Assembly: GCA_051294375.1 (NCBI GenBank) | Contig: CM119268.1 | Span: forward strand, 22,958,643 to 23,022,642 | Length of the DNA stretch: 64,000 nucleotides | Source: Paraspadella gotoi | Lineage: Eukaryota > Animalia > Chaetognatha | Direction of reading: 5' to 3' | Shown here: positions 11,631-24,900 of the stretch, one piece after another | Layout: the number at the start of each line of letters is the position of its first letter | How positions within the stretch are numbered: the stretch's first letter is position 1 | Made by a program: the position numbers and the translations under genes | The notes under the pieces: model-generated | What the model was told of the DNA's origin: nothing | What the model saw: the letters and a program-made list of their open reading frames with translations, nothing else | Database searches by the model: none

Positions 11631-11996
11631 AGATTTAGAAGCAGCCCCATTGGTATCAGAACAAAGTGGCTCCCTCTGTCCTTTACATCTTTGCAGCAAC
11701 AAAAAATGATATCTTGAGTTTTCCCAGGGTCAATATTGTCAATCAATCAATAAAAGGCTGCCAGCCCTCGTCTCGTCGTCCAATGACAAGAGTCGTCATG
11801 CTTAAAGGTCACCTTCGCCAAGTCGACGCCTGGAAAAGCCTCGTTGGCAATTAAAATCGGGCGCTTCCTTAAAGGCGCTTCGGGAATCACGATTCGATCC
11901 TGGCAAAACTTAAGATACTATTTTTTGTTGCTGCAAAGATGTAAAGGAGAGAGGAATCCGCTTTGTACTGATGCCAAGGGGGCTGCTTCTAAATCC
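11631..11996. mobile_element. MITE with ~105-bp imperfect terminal inverted repeats
   Basis: GATTTAGAAGCAGCCCC...CTTTACATCTTTGCAGCAACAAAAAA at 11632-11735 is the reverse complement of 11890-11995. No clear TSD. Confidence 0.85.
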
Positions 11997-12454
11997 TCCC
12001 TTTTATATATTGTTCATATGTTGCCAAAAAATAAAGAGGCAGTGGAAGTAAAAAAATGTCAAGGTGCTGAGGAGATGATAAAAGATATCAACTGGTTGAG
12101 TATCTTTCTCACTGCTTTTACACAATTGTTGGTCTCCTGGTGCGTATGATGGATCACATTTCGTGTGAATCGCAGCAAAGGAAGCCAAACAACCTCAGTA
12201 GCTGCCGGTTTATTGTTCGGTGCCTCTCTCTCTCTCTCTCTCTTTGTCCAATACAAACTTATTCAACTATGGAATTAAGTTTCAGTGTTTTTAAATAGAC
12301 CTTTGATAAGTTAAAAAGATTTATTTCTTACACAAACTGTGATCACCAGTAAATCCGCATAATTCATAATTCAAAATGAAGTTTGAAATAAATTCAAATT
12401 AAGAAATACAAGAAATATAGAATAATAGAATGATACAAGAACAACTTGGTGGTA

Positions 12455-12640
12455 CCGATCAGCGCCCCTGTTACTCAACCAATCAATTCCCTCCCGGTCT
12501 CGACCAATCAGCAACCCGCTTCCTAAACCAATCAGCGCCCCTCTTCTTTAACCAATCAGCGCCCACCTTCCTCAACGAATAAGCGCCCTTCCCTCCCAAC
12601 CAATCAGCGTCCTTCTTCCCCTTTCCTCAACCAATCAGAG
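12455..12640. repeat. CCAATCAGC(GC) motif array
   Basis: About 7 copies of ACCAATCAGC spaced ~22-30 nt apart; similar arrays at 39775-39950 and 48070-48245. Confidence 0.7.
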
Positions 12641-14056
12641 CTTCTTATTTGAGAGAGCCCTTTCTGTTGAGATGTTGGTCCTCGATTCCCAACGACGATG
12701 AGAATCTTCATCGTTGAGCCGAACGGCGACTCGAAGGAGTTCGCTCCTGAGGAGGGGGGGGGGTGTTGTTGTCGTTATTCTCGGCTTTTAGTCGTTGTCG
12801 TTATTCGCGGTTGTCGTTATTCGCGGTCGTCTGTTTATGTACGTTTTCTTTTCCAAGTTGTGATTGAGTTCGCGAGTTTTAACCGGAACACGCAAACTTT
12901 GCGTCGCAAAGGTTCCTGGTATTGGGCGTCTTTTTTTTTTTTTTCATTATGAAATAGGATAACTACTAACTTTGGACGGGCGATGGGGGATTAAAGCCGC
13001 CATCACTCTCTCAAGATAATAACATAACGGAACACTGCAAGCTTTAAATCGAGAGTCTCTCACTCTCTAGTTTATGCATAACATTTCAGAAAACGTTTCA
13101 ATTGTACAAAACTTAAGTATAATACTTAAGTATTGTTAAGTATTATTTTTAATATTGGAGACTAATGAGAATCCAACAAGCAACGAATAAGGATCATCAG
13201 GACTGTCATTAATGTCATTATGTCGTCGTCGTCGTCGTCGTCGTCTCTCACCTGTTTCCCGTCGGCTTCATCATTTTCGTTTTCCGCTTTTTCTGTCGAA
13301 AATAAAAAAATAATCAAATGTGATTCGAAATTTTGAAGACGCGTGATTTCGAGGTCGATGTCAATCCTAATCTAAGTTCGATGTCAATCATAATCTAAGT
13401 TCGATGTCAATCATAATCTAAGTTCGATGTCAATCCTAATCTAAGTTCAATGACAATCCTAATCTAAGTCATTTTTGTCTAAATTTTAATGTAACATCAT
13501 ATCAATCGTTAGCTCTATAACGCCATGCCAATTTTATGTCAGTTAAATGTTTTTAAGTGTCATTTAAAGTCTATGACATAAAATGAATGTAACGGCTATG
13601 TAATGTTTATGTCATTGTCTGGTCAACATCATGACAAATTGACATCAAATAAACAAAATGCTATGTCAATGTCACGTCGATATCAAGCTATGTCAACGTC
13701 ATGTCAATATAATGCCAAGTCGATGTCACGTCGTAATGTCATATAAATATCATGCTATGTCATGTCGATGTTCACTTAATCACATTTTTTTCGTCTTCGT
13801 TGACTTGAAGTCCCAAATCGTCGCAAATGCTGTAGAGATCATTCAGGTCGACTTCGCGATAAACTTCCATCTCCTTCATGATCGCCACCTTTCAATTATT
13901 GGCGAAGACAGGAGCCCGAGTTAGAATTTATTATCTTTCACTCCCTCTCTCTCTCTCTCCCCCTCCATCTACCTTTCCCCTCCCCTTCTCCTTTTCTCTC
14001 CCTCCCTCTCTCTTCCCCTTCCCTTCTCTCTCTCACCCTCTCCATCTACCTTTCCC

Positions 14057-14096
<40 letters not shown>

Positions 14097-17000
14097 TCTC
14101 TCTATCTCACCTGCTTGTCCTCCTTCTTCTTCAGATGCACAAAAGCAAAGACGGTGATGAAGAAGAAAACCACGGAGAGAATGAGTGAAGGAACGAGTGG
14201 CATGAGCTGGATTCGATCGTCGGGCCCAGGGACGTCGGTCTTTGCCGCCACGAATCCGAACCTAAGACTGCATCGAAGGCGAACAAAGGCATAATAAGGA
14301 TAGACGTGGCTGTGGGCACAAAAACCTAACCTAAGACTGCATCGAATGCGAACAAAGGCCTAATAAGGATAGACGTGGCTGTGGGCACAAAAACCTAACC
14401 GTCATTATTAACTGAACAAGTCATAAAATATCTGTCTGATCGTTTTGGGTCACCCACTTTCAAAAGTGATTTATTAGATGATTTTGAACTCCATTATATA
14501 TAATGAAAATTTTAAAAGATTCATTAATGATAACGAGTATATTAACTTATGAATCCAAACATTGTAATATTCTATTAACGGTTACTATTGTCCTTGGAAC
14601 TGCTATATTTAGGACGCAGCATGCTAAAATAAAGGCTGGAAAAGAGTACTGCAAGATTTTTGTTCAAGACGGAGCATTAATTTAATCACCTTCCCACAAT
14701 ATTGTGTTGCTAACATCTCAAATTTTATTTACTGGTCTTTATACAGTACGGTTATGTGTGGTATATTGATTTTGTTCTGGATATTGTTCCACTATAAGTA
14801 AAACTATAGTGGTATATTACAGTGCTAAAAATTCTATCTGTCAGGAATAACTTTAAGTTCTGTTTTAGTCAAATGCCCCTTGAACATTCTACTATGAAAC
14901 GACACTGATTTCGGAGATCTCTGATGACTAGTCTTGCGTTACAAAAAAATCATTTACTACTTCTCTGTTAGCTGTTTGTCTGTTCATGAAGACGTGTGAT
15001 GTGTAATCATGTTTGGCAAAATGGTTTCGGCGCCTCTCGTGTTTGCTTACATTCACTGGATTGCTCTCAAACTAGGAATTCTGACAAGTTAAACTTATGG
15101 TTTATTCTTAAAACTCATAAAATGAGAAAATTTCCCTTATGTTTTTTACGACTTATTACTTACTGGTACCTTAATCTCCGCAGTAGGTTAGTATGGTCTG
15201 ACATCTTTTTCAGATTATTTCTCTATTGTTTGTTTCTGGGGTTCGTCAGTTTGATATTATAAGTCCCTATCGTGTGGCAGTTTATGTTGATGACTGATAA
15301 TTCAATTAGACGAAAAATCTGGTTTTGGTTCCATATAGATCATTTATTTGCTGCTAGCATTTTTTTACGCTGCTGACGATATAGCTTTGTTATCTCCAAC
15401 AATTTCTGGTATGAAAAAAATGATTGATATATGTGTGTAACTATATAGTAGTACAAATGCTTTTATTTTAATTTTAAGAAACAAAAACAATGTATTTTGG
15501 CAAACAAAGTATTGTATCAACAAAGATTCTTTACTAATTAAAACGGAAAATATCATGTGAATTCGAGTTAGACATGCTCACTTCCATCCGCCATTGTTTT
15601 AATATGTCCATCACCCATGATGTCGTCTTCTACTTTGTTAATCCATTACTTTTCTGAGTCATCCGATGGAATATCTCAGTTTTTAATCTATAGAGTAATG
15701 AAAACATTTGTCTTTGAACCCATATTCTGACTTATATCCCATATCTTTCAACTACCGCTCACTCTAAGCATATTGTCTCGATCTTAACTTCCCTCGTCTA
15801 TATTAAAGCCCTCATAGAACTAAGATAGGTCGCTTTACATTTTTTCGTTACCACTTTACCAATTTTTCACAATGTCATCTACTACTACGGTTTTACGGTT
15901 AATCATCGTGTTGAAAGGAAGTTATCGTTGCAAAAGATATGACCAACAGTAAATGTAGCATAATGATGATGGCATTAGAAAATTTTTGGTTGGAATAGAT
16001 GGCGAGAGTGTACGATCATAAGGTTCCTCATTTGATTTAAATGATATCTATAGATTTTGCTTGTAGATCAAAAAACTTTGAATCCAAGCTTTTTTCCTCT
16101 AGAAACAATATTCTAAAAATCTTGTCAGCTTATTGTTGTTATTTTTTTTCTTTTTTTTTCGTTCTGTTAATTTAAATATTTATATTTTTGCTTGAATTGT
16201 AAACTTTACAATTTAATGCGTTTATCTGTAATGTACTGTATGCCTCTTTGCAGATATGTATGTTTCNNNNNNNNNNNNNNNNNNNNNNNNNNNNNNNNNN
16301 NNNNNNNNNNNNNNNNNNNNNNNNNNNNNAACTAATTGTTGTAAACGAATAAAACACATATATAATAAGGAGAGACGTGGCTGTGAGCACAAATACCTAA
16401 CCTAAGACTGCATCGAATGCAAACAGAGGCATAATAAGTATAGACGTGGCTGTGGACACAAAAATCTAACCTAAGACTGCATCGAATGCGAACAGAGGCA
16501 TAATAAGTATAGACGTGGCTGTGGGCACTAAAACCGAATCTAAGACTAAATCGAATACAAACAAGAATTACAAAAGCCTGATATAGATTTATCAACCAAT
16601 CTAATGATACCGACTTTACTATCAATGATTTAATCTCAAAGCAAATGATACGTTAACCTGATTTTTCCCCCTATATTTGACTGACAATTTCATATTTATC
16701 GCCAAATTTTAAAATAGAAACATTTCCTGTTCTGATATGTCACCAAAAGACTAATTATGGCATTAAAACAATATTTCTAGTCTTGATATATCCCATCAAA
16801 TATGTTAAAATCCCATTGGGACATTTTTTATCTTTTTACCACACCAAAAATCGCAATACATCACAAAATAACAACCGTTATCACCGAATGTCACAATATA
16901 TCACAAAATAACAACCGTTATCACCGAATGTCACAATAGGAATAATTTTTTTCCAGAATGACGAGTTGAAAGAGATATACTGCGTCAACGAGCCCCGCCA

Positions 17001-18841
17001 TTAAAAGACGATTTTCCTTCGTTGGGTTCAACACCTAAAAAAAAAAATCAAACAAAGCAAAACAAAACATTAAGCAAAACCAAACACAAAACAACTCGGG
17101 TTTTGCTTCGTTTTTCTTTTCTTCCGTTATTTCATTCTCAATAGATTTTTTTGAACTGTTATTATATTAATTGATAAATGCCTTAAAGAAAAAGATTACT
17201 TTATAATATTATTAAAATTATCACGATGATGATAAACGAGTGTTTAAAGTTTAAACTTTTATTCTTTTTTAGACAAAATTAAATTTTAAACATATCGTTA
17301 CCTAATATTGAATAATGTCAATTGATAAGCGAAGATAACATTTTAAATTAATACTAAATGATATTCACCTCATAGTGTCGGCATTGTGGACATTTTTTGT
17401 AGCATTTTTCCAAAGCCTTCTCTGCGTCCGTGCCTGAGAAATAATAATAAATTCTAAATTATTAATTATTATTAATTATTATTATTAATACGCAAAATTT
17501 AAACTATCTTCTTTAATAATATATAATATAATATATATTATATATAATATAATTAGAACAAAAAGTATATTTTTAAGTCGCGACTGAATAACGAAAAATT
17601 CTCCTTAGGATCGATTTTCTCACCGTGATTCAACGCGTTGCTCTCACAATCTTCACAATCGCTGCAAGAAGCGGCGGCGCAATGGTAGGGCTTCCGCTCT
17701 TTCACGATTGTGCTGATGCAAAAAAAAGAAGAAGAAAATATTAAACTATCTATTAAACTAAATATTAATAAAACTAAAACTTAATATTAGTCGGCTGACT
17801 CGATATATAAAAAAGATTTCGACATTTTTTTAAAAGAGATTTTTGTTTAGGGATTTCCCTCTAAAAAATGAGTGATGCTATCCAATTCAACTATTGAAAA
17901 TACGATAAATTTATATTTTTCTGAAATGTGCTAACAAGCAGGTTTATCAAGTTTGTCTCTGCCAAACAAGCCATAATCATAAATTTATTATTAGTATTGA
18001 CCAAACTAATTGTATTATTAATCACATAAGCTTTTCAACCACGTTCCCCATCATAATTAACAAATCCAAATTGTCATTTCTTCCTCACCTGTTGCAATGG
18101 ACGTAATTGTGTCTCGTCCAAGCGAAATCAATCGCCCATTTGTCACAGCGAGGATCCGTAGTCTTTGCTAAACAAGTCTTTAAGTATTTCTCTTTCATTT
18201 TTTTCCAAGATTGCGGTTCGTTGTAACATTTCGCGTCTTGAATCGTCTGCAGTAACAACAACAACATCAATACCGGGCTCTCTTTTCCGAGAGGGACCCA
18301 TTTCTGTTCGGTTTTTCCCAGAATTTAGTTTTAATATTTGTATTTAAATTAAATATATTTTTAAACTTATTAATTAATTTATAACCTTAATTTTTAATCC
18401 TAATCCCTGTAACACTAAACATTAGTCCCCAACTTAAATTCCTTACCTTAATCCCTAACCTTAATCCCTAACTTAATCCTTAACCTAATCCCTAACCTTA
18501 ATCCTTAACCTAATCCCTAACCTTAATCCTTAACCTAATCCCTAACCTTAATCCTTAACCTAATCCCTAACCTTAATCCTTAACCTAATCCCTAACCTTA
18601 ATCCCTAACTTTAATCCTTAACCTAATCCCTAACCTTAATCCCTATCATTAATCCTTAACCTAATCCCTAACCTTAATCCCTAACCTAATCCCTAACCTA
18701 ATCCCTAACCTAATCCTCAACCATAATCTCAAACCTAATCTTTAACTAAAAAAATTAACCTAATTTCAAATTTAAAATGAAATAAGCCGCTCTGAAAAAA
18801 TAAAGCCTAATAATGAAAAAATAATAATAATAATAATAATA

Positions 18842-18881
<40 letters not shown>

Positions 18882-19540
18882 AAGGGTTAGAATTAAAATT
18901 TCTGGAATAAACGAATAGACATGGGGGACTCTCGGTAAATAGGGCCAAACAGATTGACTCACTTGTGAATATTTCAAGTGATTTTGTCTTCCCGTTTCTT
19001 CGTAGAGGAAAAAATCGACGTCCAATGGTTTTCCATTTTCGTCTGAATGATAAACCGATGAATCGTGAAGTGAATTCACGTGACATTTGGCTTCTAAATT
19101 CACCGGTAAGTATCGGGACGTATCCCTCTTCGTTCAATCCCCACATGATGTCTGGACATCCGTAGGTTTTGAGGTCATAAAATTTCTTCTTCGACTGGAG
19201 AGGAAGGGAGAGGGGGTACATATATATATATAATATTATATATATATCTATATATTTATTTGTATGTATAGGACTGTAATCCTCCTAATTCAACTTTTAG
19301 GAAAGTGAAATCTTCACATCTACCTTCGTCTTTGATCCTTGGATTCGCGTGATTTCAAATTTGTGATTCTCTAAACTTTTGCAACTAAAAAAAAAAAATA
19401 ATAAAATTAGTTATTTGAAATTATCGAAATTGATTTTCTAAAAATAGATTTTCTTTTTTTCCCAAAAATAAGCCCAATAATAAAAAAGACTATAAATCAA
19501 TGGGACTTGAAATATTTTATTACTATATGCAAATAATCAT

Positions 19541-19619
<79 letters not shown>

Positions 19620-21421
19620 TTCTAAGAATCTATCTCTTTAATTTTTCAGATTCAGCTTTTATTTTCCCACTTACCCTGTAAAGATTCAGCTTTTATTTTC
19701 ACACTCACCCCGTAAAGGTTCTTTCTCTAGAATCATAAAAGGGCATAATTCTCTTAAAGATGATTTTCTTCTCCGAACAACCGCTGGACAATTTCAAAAT
19801 TCTGAAGAATTGGGACTACTTTTTTAAAATTTTTATATTAAACGACGAATTCGCCGCAATCAACGACGAATTCGCCGCAATCAACGACGAATTCGCCGCA
19901 ATCAACGACGAATTCGCCGCAATCAACGATGAATTCGCCGCAATCAACGACGAATTCACCGCAATCAATGACGAATTCACCGCAATCAACGACGAATTCA
20001 CCGCAATCAACGACGAATTCGCCGCAATCAACGACGAATTCGCCGCAATCAACGACGAATTCGCCGCAATCAACGACGAATTCGCCGCAATCAACGACGA
20101 ATTCACCGCAATCAACGACGAATTAACCGCAATCAACGATGAATTCGCCGCAATCAATGACGAATTCACCGCAATCAATGACGAATTCGCCGCAATCAAC
20201 GACGAATTCACCGCAATCAACGACGAATTCACCGCAATCAACGATGAATTCGCCGCAATCAACGACGAATTCACCGCAATCAACGACGAATTCGCCGCAA
20301 TCAACGACGAATTCGCCGCAATCAACGACGAATTCGCCGCAATCAACGACGAATTCACCGCAATCAACGACGAATTCACCGCAATCAACGATGAATTCGC
20401 CGCAATCAACGACGAATTCACCGCAATCAACGACGAATTCGCCGCAATCAACGACGAATTCGCCGCAATCAACGACGATTACTTAACTCACCTTCTTGAC
20501 GGCCAAAAACAGGAGAGTGAGGAATGAATGGAACTCAGTTTGATGAAAGTCATGTGACTCAATCCGTGATTCTGCCAGGGACACCAGGGTCGTGATTCGT
20601 TCAGGTGATGCTGGAAAAGTGAAGTGGTCATCGATTTAGCGTGATCGACTCCATCAAGTGATCGACTCCATCAAGTGATCGACTCCTTCAAGTGATCGAC
20701 TCCTTCAAGTGATCCACTCCATCAAGTGATCGACTCCATCAAGTGATCGACTCCTTCAAGTGATCGACTCCTTCAAGTGATCGACTCCATCAAGTGATCG
20801 ACTCCTTCAAGTTATCCACTCCATCAAGTGATCCACTCCATCAAGTGATGACTCCATCAAGTGATCGACTCCTTCAAGTGATCGACTCCATCAAGTGATC
20901 GACTCCTTCAGTGATCCACTCCATCAAGTGATCCACTCCATCAAGTGATTGACTCCATCAAGTGATCGACTCCTTCAAGTGATCGACTCCATCAATGATC
21001 GACTCCTTCAAGTTATCCACTCCATCAAGTGATCCACTCCATCAATTGATCGACTCCATCAAGTGATCGACTCCATCAAGCGAACCGACCAGAGAAAGCA
21101 GGGGAATAAAACGAAGCCAAACCAGCGAGCGAAGCCAAAGCCAAGCGAGAGGAACATAGCCAGTCATTCCCTCTTCGCCCCCCCCCCAAACGAACCGAGA
21201 ATGTCAAAGTGACGAGTTGACGCAAATCTCCGAAAGCCGTCAGCGTAGCGTTGCTGGACGCAGAGAACTGCAGCGCAGTGGTGGTCGCTTCGTCGCAGCT
21301 GGACAGCTGCGGCCCGAGTGGGTTTTTAAAATTTTGCTTTATTTTAAATGAATAATATTGTATAATTGACATCATTTTATCAAGTTGTTTTCTTTCTTTT
21401 TCTCTAGAATCTTTGACCTCA

Positions 21422-21476
<55 letters not shown>

Positions 21477-21938
21477 TCATTTCTCTCTTTCTCTCCCATG
21501 AACCAAAATGAACTATGGTTATTGATTAGTTAAGCAATGGTAAAACCGAAATATATTACTCCTAAAAAAAATCAGCGTTATTGTCGTCAAATGATGTCAA
21601 TTACCAATATTACAAAAACTCAATTCGCATGTATACGATGTCTCTCAAGCTCTATGTATTAAATAACTATAATTATCCATCAATATCATCAATTCATCAT
21701 TAATATAAACTGTCACCTTAACGTCGAGTTGATTATGTTCGCCGACGCTGTACGTGATTCCGACGACGATACGAATCGTTTGAGAAATGTCGCGAAAGAC
21801 GAGGTCTGTGATTGGATTAATCAATAAATCAATCAATAAATCAATCAATAAATCTATCAATAAATCAATCAATAAATCAATCAATAAATAAATAAATCAA
21901 TAAATCAATCAATAAATCAATCAATGAATCAATCAATA

Positions 21939-21969
<31 letters not shown>

Positions 21970-24900
21970 GAATCAATCAATGAATCAAATCAATAAATCA
22001 ATCAATAAATCAATCAATAAATCAATCAATGAATCAAATCAATCAAATCAATCAAATCAAATCAATCGAATTCATCAATCAATAAATAATTTAAAAGATT
22101 TATCAATAATATATAAATAAATGAATGAATGAAAGGAATTAACGAATCCAATCAATCAATCACAATTCATGAATAATCTTTTTCGAATCCGAATTAAGTT
22201 ATATTTTAGGATAAAAGATTAGGATTAGTGGGTTAGAATTAGGATTAGTGGGTTAGGATTAGAATTACTCCGTGAGCCAAATCCGATGATACGAAAGAAA
22301 CCACTGCCTTACTTTACTGAGTTGAGATAGACTTACTCATATTTTTTTAAATGATAAATAACTACTTGACGTTTTTTATGTGTAAATTTTATTTTAATCC
22401 ATTGTCATTAACAACTTCAAATCTATTTTCCCACAAAGATGGTAAAATCGCCAAATTGTTGGCAAATTGTATTTGTTAAAAATAGAGTACAATGAATAAT
22501 TTTGTATTAAGTTTGTAAGGCAGTGTTACAGATATATTGGTGGTTTTTTACCCACTATTAAGTCAATAAACCTTTTGGTTCCTGAGAGAATGATGCTCCA
22601 GCCTTTATTGAAATAATTCTAGCTGGCTGACTAAGCAATTTCCAAAACTGCTTTTTTGGTCCAAAAGATTATTGGCAAGACGAAGATTTTTATTCATTGC
22701 CTATAATTGGCTTGTCCTATATTAAAAAATTAAAGAAAGAGGAGTGCTTATGGCAAGGCAATTTAAAAAATTGGTAGTTTAATAGAGTGACCAGTGAAAC
22801 ACAGCATCCGCTGCATAAAAGTTCCTTAGCTATCCTGAGGTTCCAACCTGTAAAACCTTATTTTTTTCTTTAGGTGATTTAGAACTAGAAAGGTTTGTAA
22901 GCAGAAACCAACTTTTGTAATGGTAAAAAATTAGAATTGCTTTTGGAAAAGGTTTTTTGCTCCATGAAGAACAATTTTTTCCTGCGATGCCGAGTTTTTT
23001 TACTGGTTTTGATAGCATTTTGAGAATGATTTAAAGCGTTTTTAAGCAATGTTTTGAACTTTTTGGTGTTATAAATTTTTCTTATTGGCGTATAGTTTAC
23101 GTATAATTAATTTTTCTTTCGTATCATCGGATTTGGCTCACGGGGTATTAGGTTAGGATTAGGATTAGTGGGTTTGGTTTAGGATTAGTGGGTTAGGATT
23201 AGAATTAGTGGGTTAGGTTTGAGATTAGTGCGATAAGGGTCAAGCATTGAGGTTTTACAGATTTGTGTTATGGGTTTCTTCTTTAGAAAATAGTCGTCGA
23301 GATCATTCCTACTCGAACTGGTGGTGAAATTCGACGTAACGATCTTATGAGTGACGCAGCCTTTTTTCTTCGAATTAGGGATGAAGTCGAGCAGAGAAAG
23401 ATGTTCCCAACTCGTCGCGGGAACGCATTGCTTGGTCGTTGACATATTGTTTGCCTTGTGGGTCGAAAATGTAAAAAAAAGGGACCAAATTCAAAAGTTC
23501 ATTTTATTATATTTCTTATTTTTTCTCAAAAATTAAAAAAAAAACCGGCCAAAAACCGTATATATATTTTCTTTTTCTCCGGCTGGTAATCAAAATACAG
23601 TCAACCATTTTTTTAAATCTTTGCGATGCACTCAATTCAAATGCACTCAAAACTTTTGCCGAAGCAAGAAGCTGCAGTCAATTATAATGTGGTCAAACAA
23701 TTGGAGAAGCTGATTAATATTTAAACAATTAGCGAATTTTGAAAATGTAATCAAACTGAATTCAGTCAAACTAAGGAAATACTAATCATAATGCAGTTAA
23801 ACAATTGGCAAACCTTGGAGATGCAGCCAATTCAAATACAAACAATTGGCCAACCTTTGAGATGCAGCCAATTCAAATACAAACAATTGGCCAACCTTCG
23901 AGATGCAGCCAATTCAAATGCAAACAAATGGCCAACCTTTGAGATGCAGCCAATTCAAATGCAAAAAATTGGCCAACCTTTGAGATGCAGCCAATTCAAA
24001 TACAAACAATTGGCAAACCTTTGAGATGCAGTCTCCTATGGGAAAGACGAAGCTGACCAAAGGAATATCATAATATGATTGCGGCCTCTGGAAAATCATC
24101 ACTGCGGTTTGAACACTTTTGAGAGTTTGATCTGAAATAATTATGTAATTATTTGATTTATTGCATAATCGATTATTGTTCTTATAATTATTTTGATTAT
24201 TACTATTATTTTTTTTTTGCTCATGGTTATTTTCTGTTATGTACGGTTTTCATGTTGTAGTCAAACCTTTCCACTTTTTACTGTTTCTCCTTTGTTTTCA
24301 CCTCCATAATCTCGCTGTTTCCTGTTTAACTGTTTCTCTCATTACCCAACTATTTCCTAACTGTTTCTCTCCCACCTAATCTCACTGTTTCCTCAATGTT
24401 TCCAAACTGTTTCTCTCCCACCTAATCTCACTGTTTCCTCAATGTTTCCTAACTGTTTCTCTCCCACCTAATCTCACTGTTTCCTCAATGTTTCCTCGCT
24501 GTTTCTCCCCCTAATCTCGCTGTTTGCTCACTTGTTTCTGGTACGTTCGTCAACCAAGATATGATGTCTCTCGAATCCAAAGTGACGAACCATATTGATA
24601 TTTCATCTCTCGCGAACCAAAGACCCTGAGCGAAAAAACGAAAGATGTTCTTTTGTTCTTTTCAGGGTTATTATTCTGCCCACCAGATGGCATGAGTCAT
24701 TGATTTTTTTTTTAGTCTGAAATTATCGGCAATAAAATAATAATAATTAATTAATAAAAACGCCTAACTTACCCCGCTCTCTCTCTCTCTCTCTCTCTCC
24801 CTCTAACCATGATTTTATCCTCTTTGTCTCTCCCTACGTCGAGTATCTGTCTGGTTTCGTCCGAATTGATTGAAAGTCTCTCTCTCTCTCTCTCACACCA

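Noticed and set aside
14885-14935. Hammerhead ribozyme (GAAAC...CTGATGA)
   Set aside because: The required stems do not pair convincingly.
18445-18735. True telomere or chromosome fusion scar
   Set aside because: Degenerate 12/13-bp units enclosed by MITE inverted repeats inside an intron.
19043-19103. Apparent frameshift between YVPILT and DENGKP
   Set aside because: Explained by a 61-nt GT-AG intron.
19760-20527. 255-aa AINDEF-repeat ORF and its antisense/other-frame ORFs
   Set aside because: Translation of a 21-bp intronic minisatellite; the flanks are CatSper exons on the opposite strand.
19841-21079. CRISPR-like arrays
   Set aside because: Head-to-tail repeats with no unique spacers, no cas genes, eukaryotic context.
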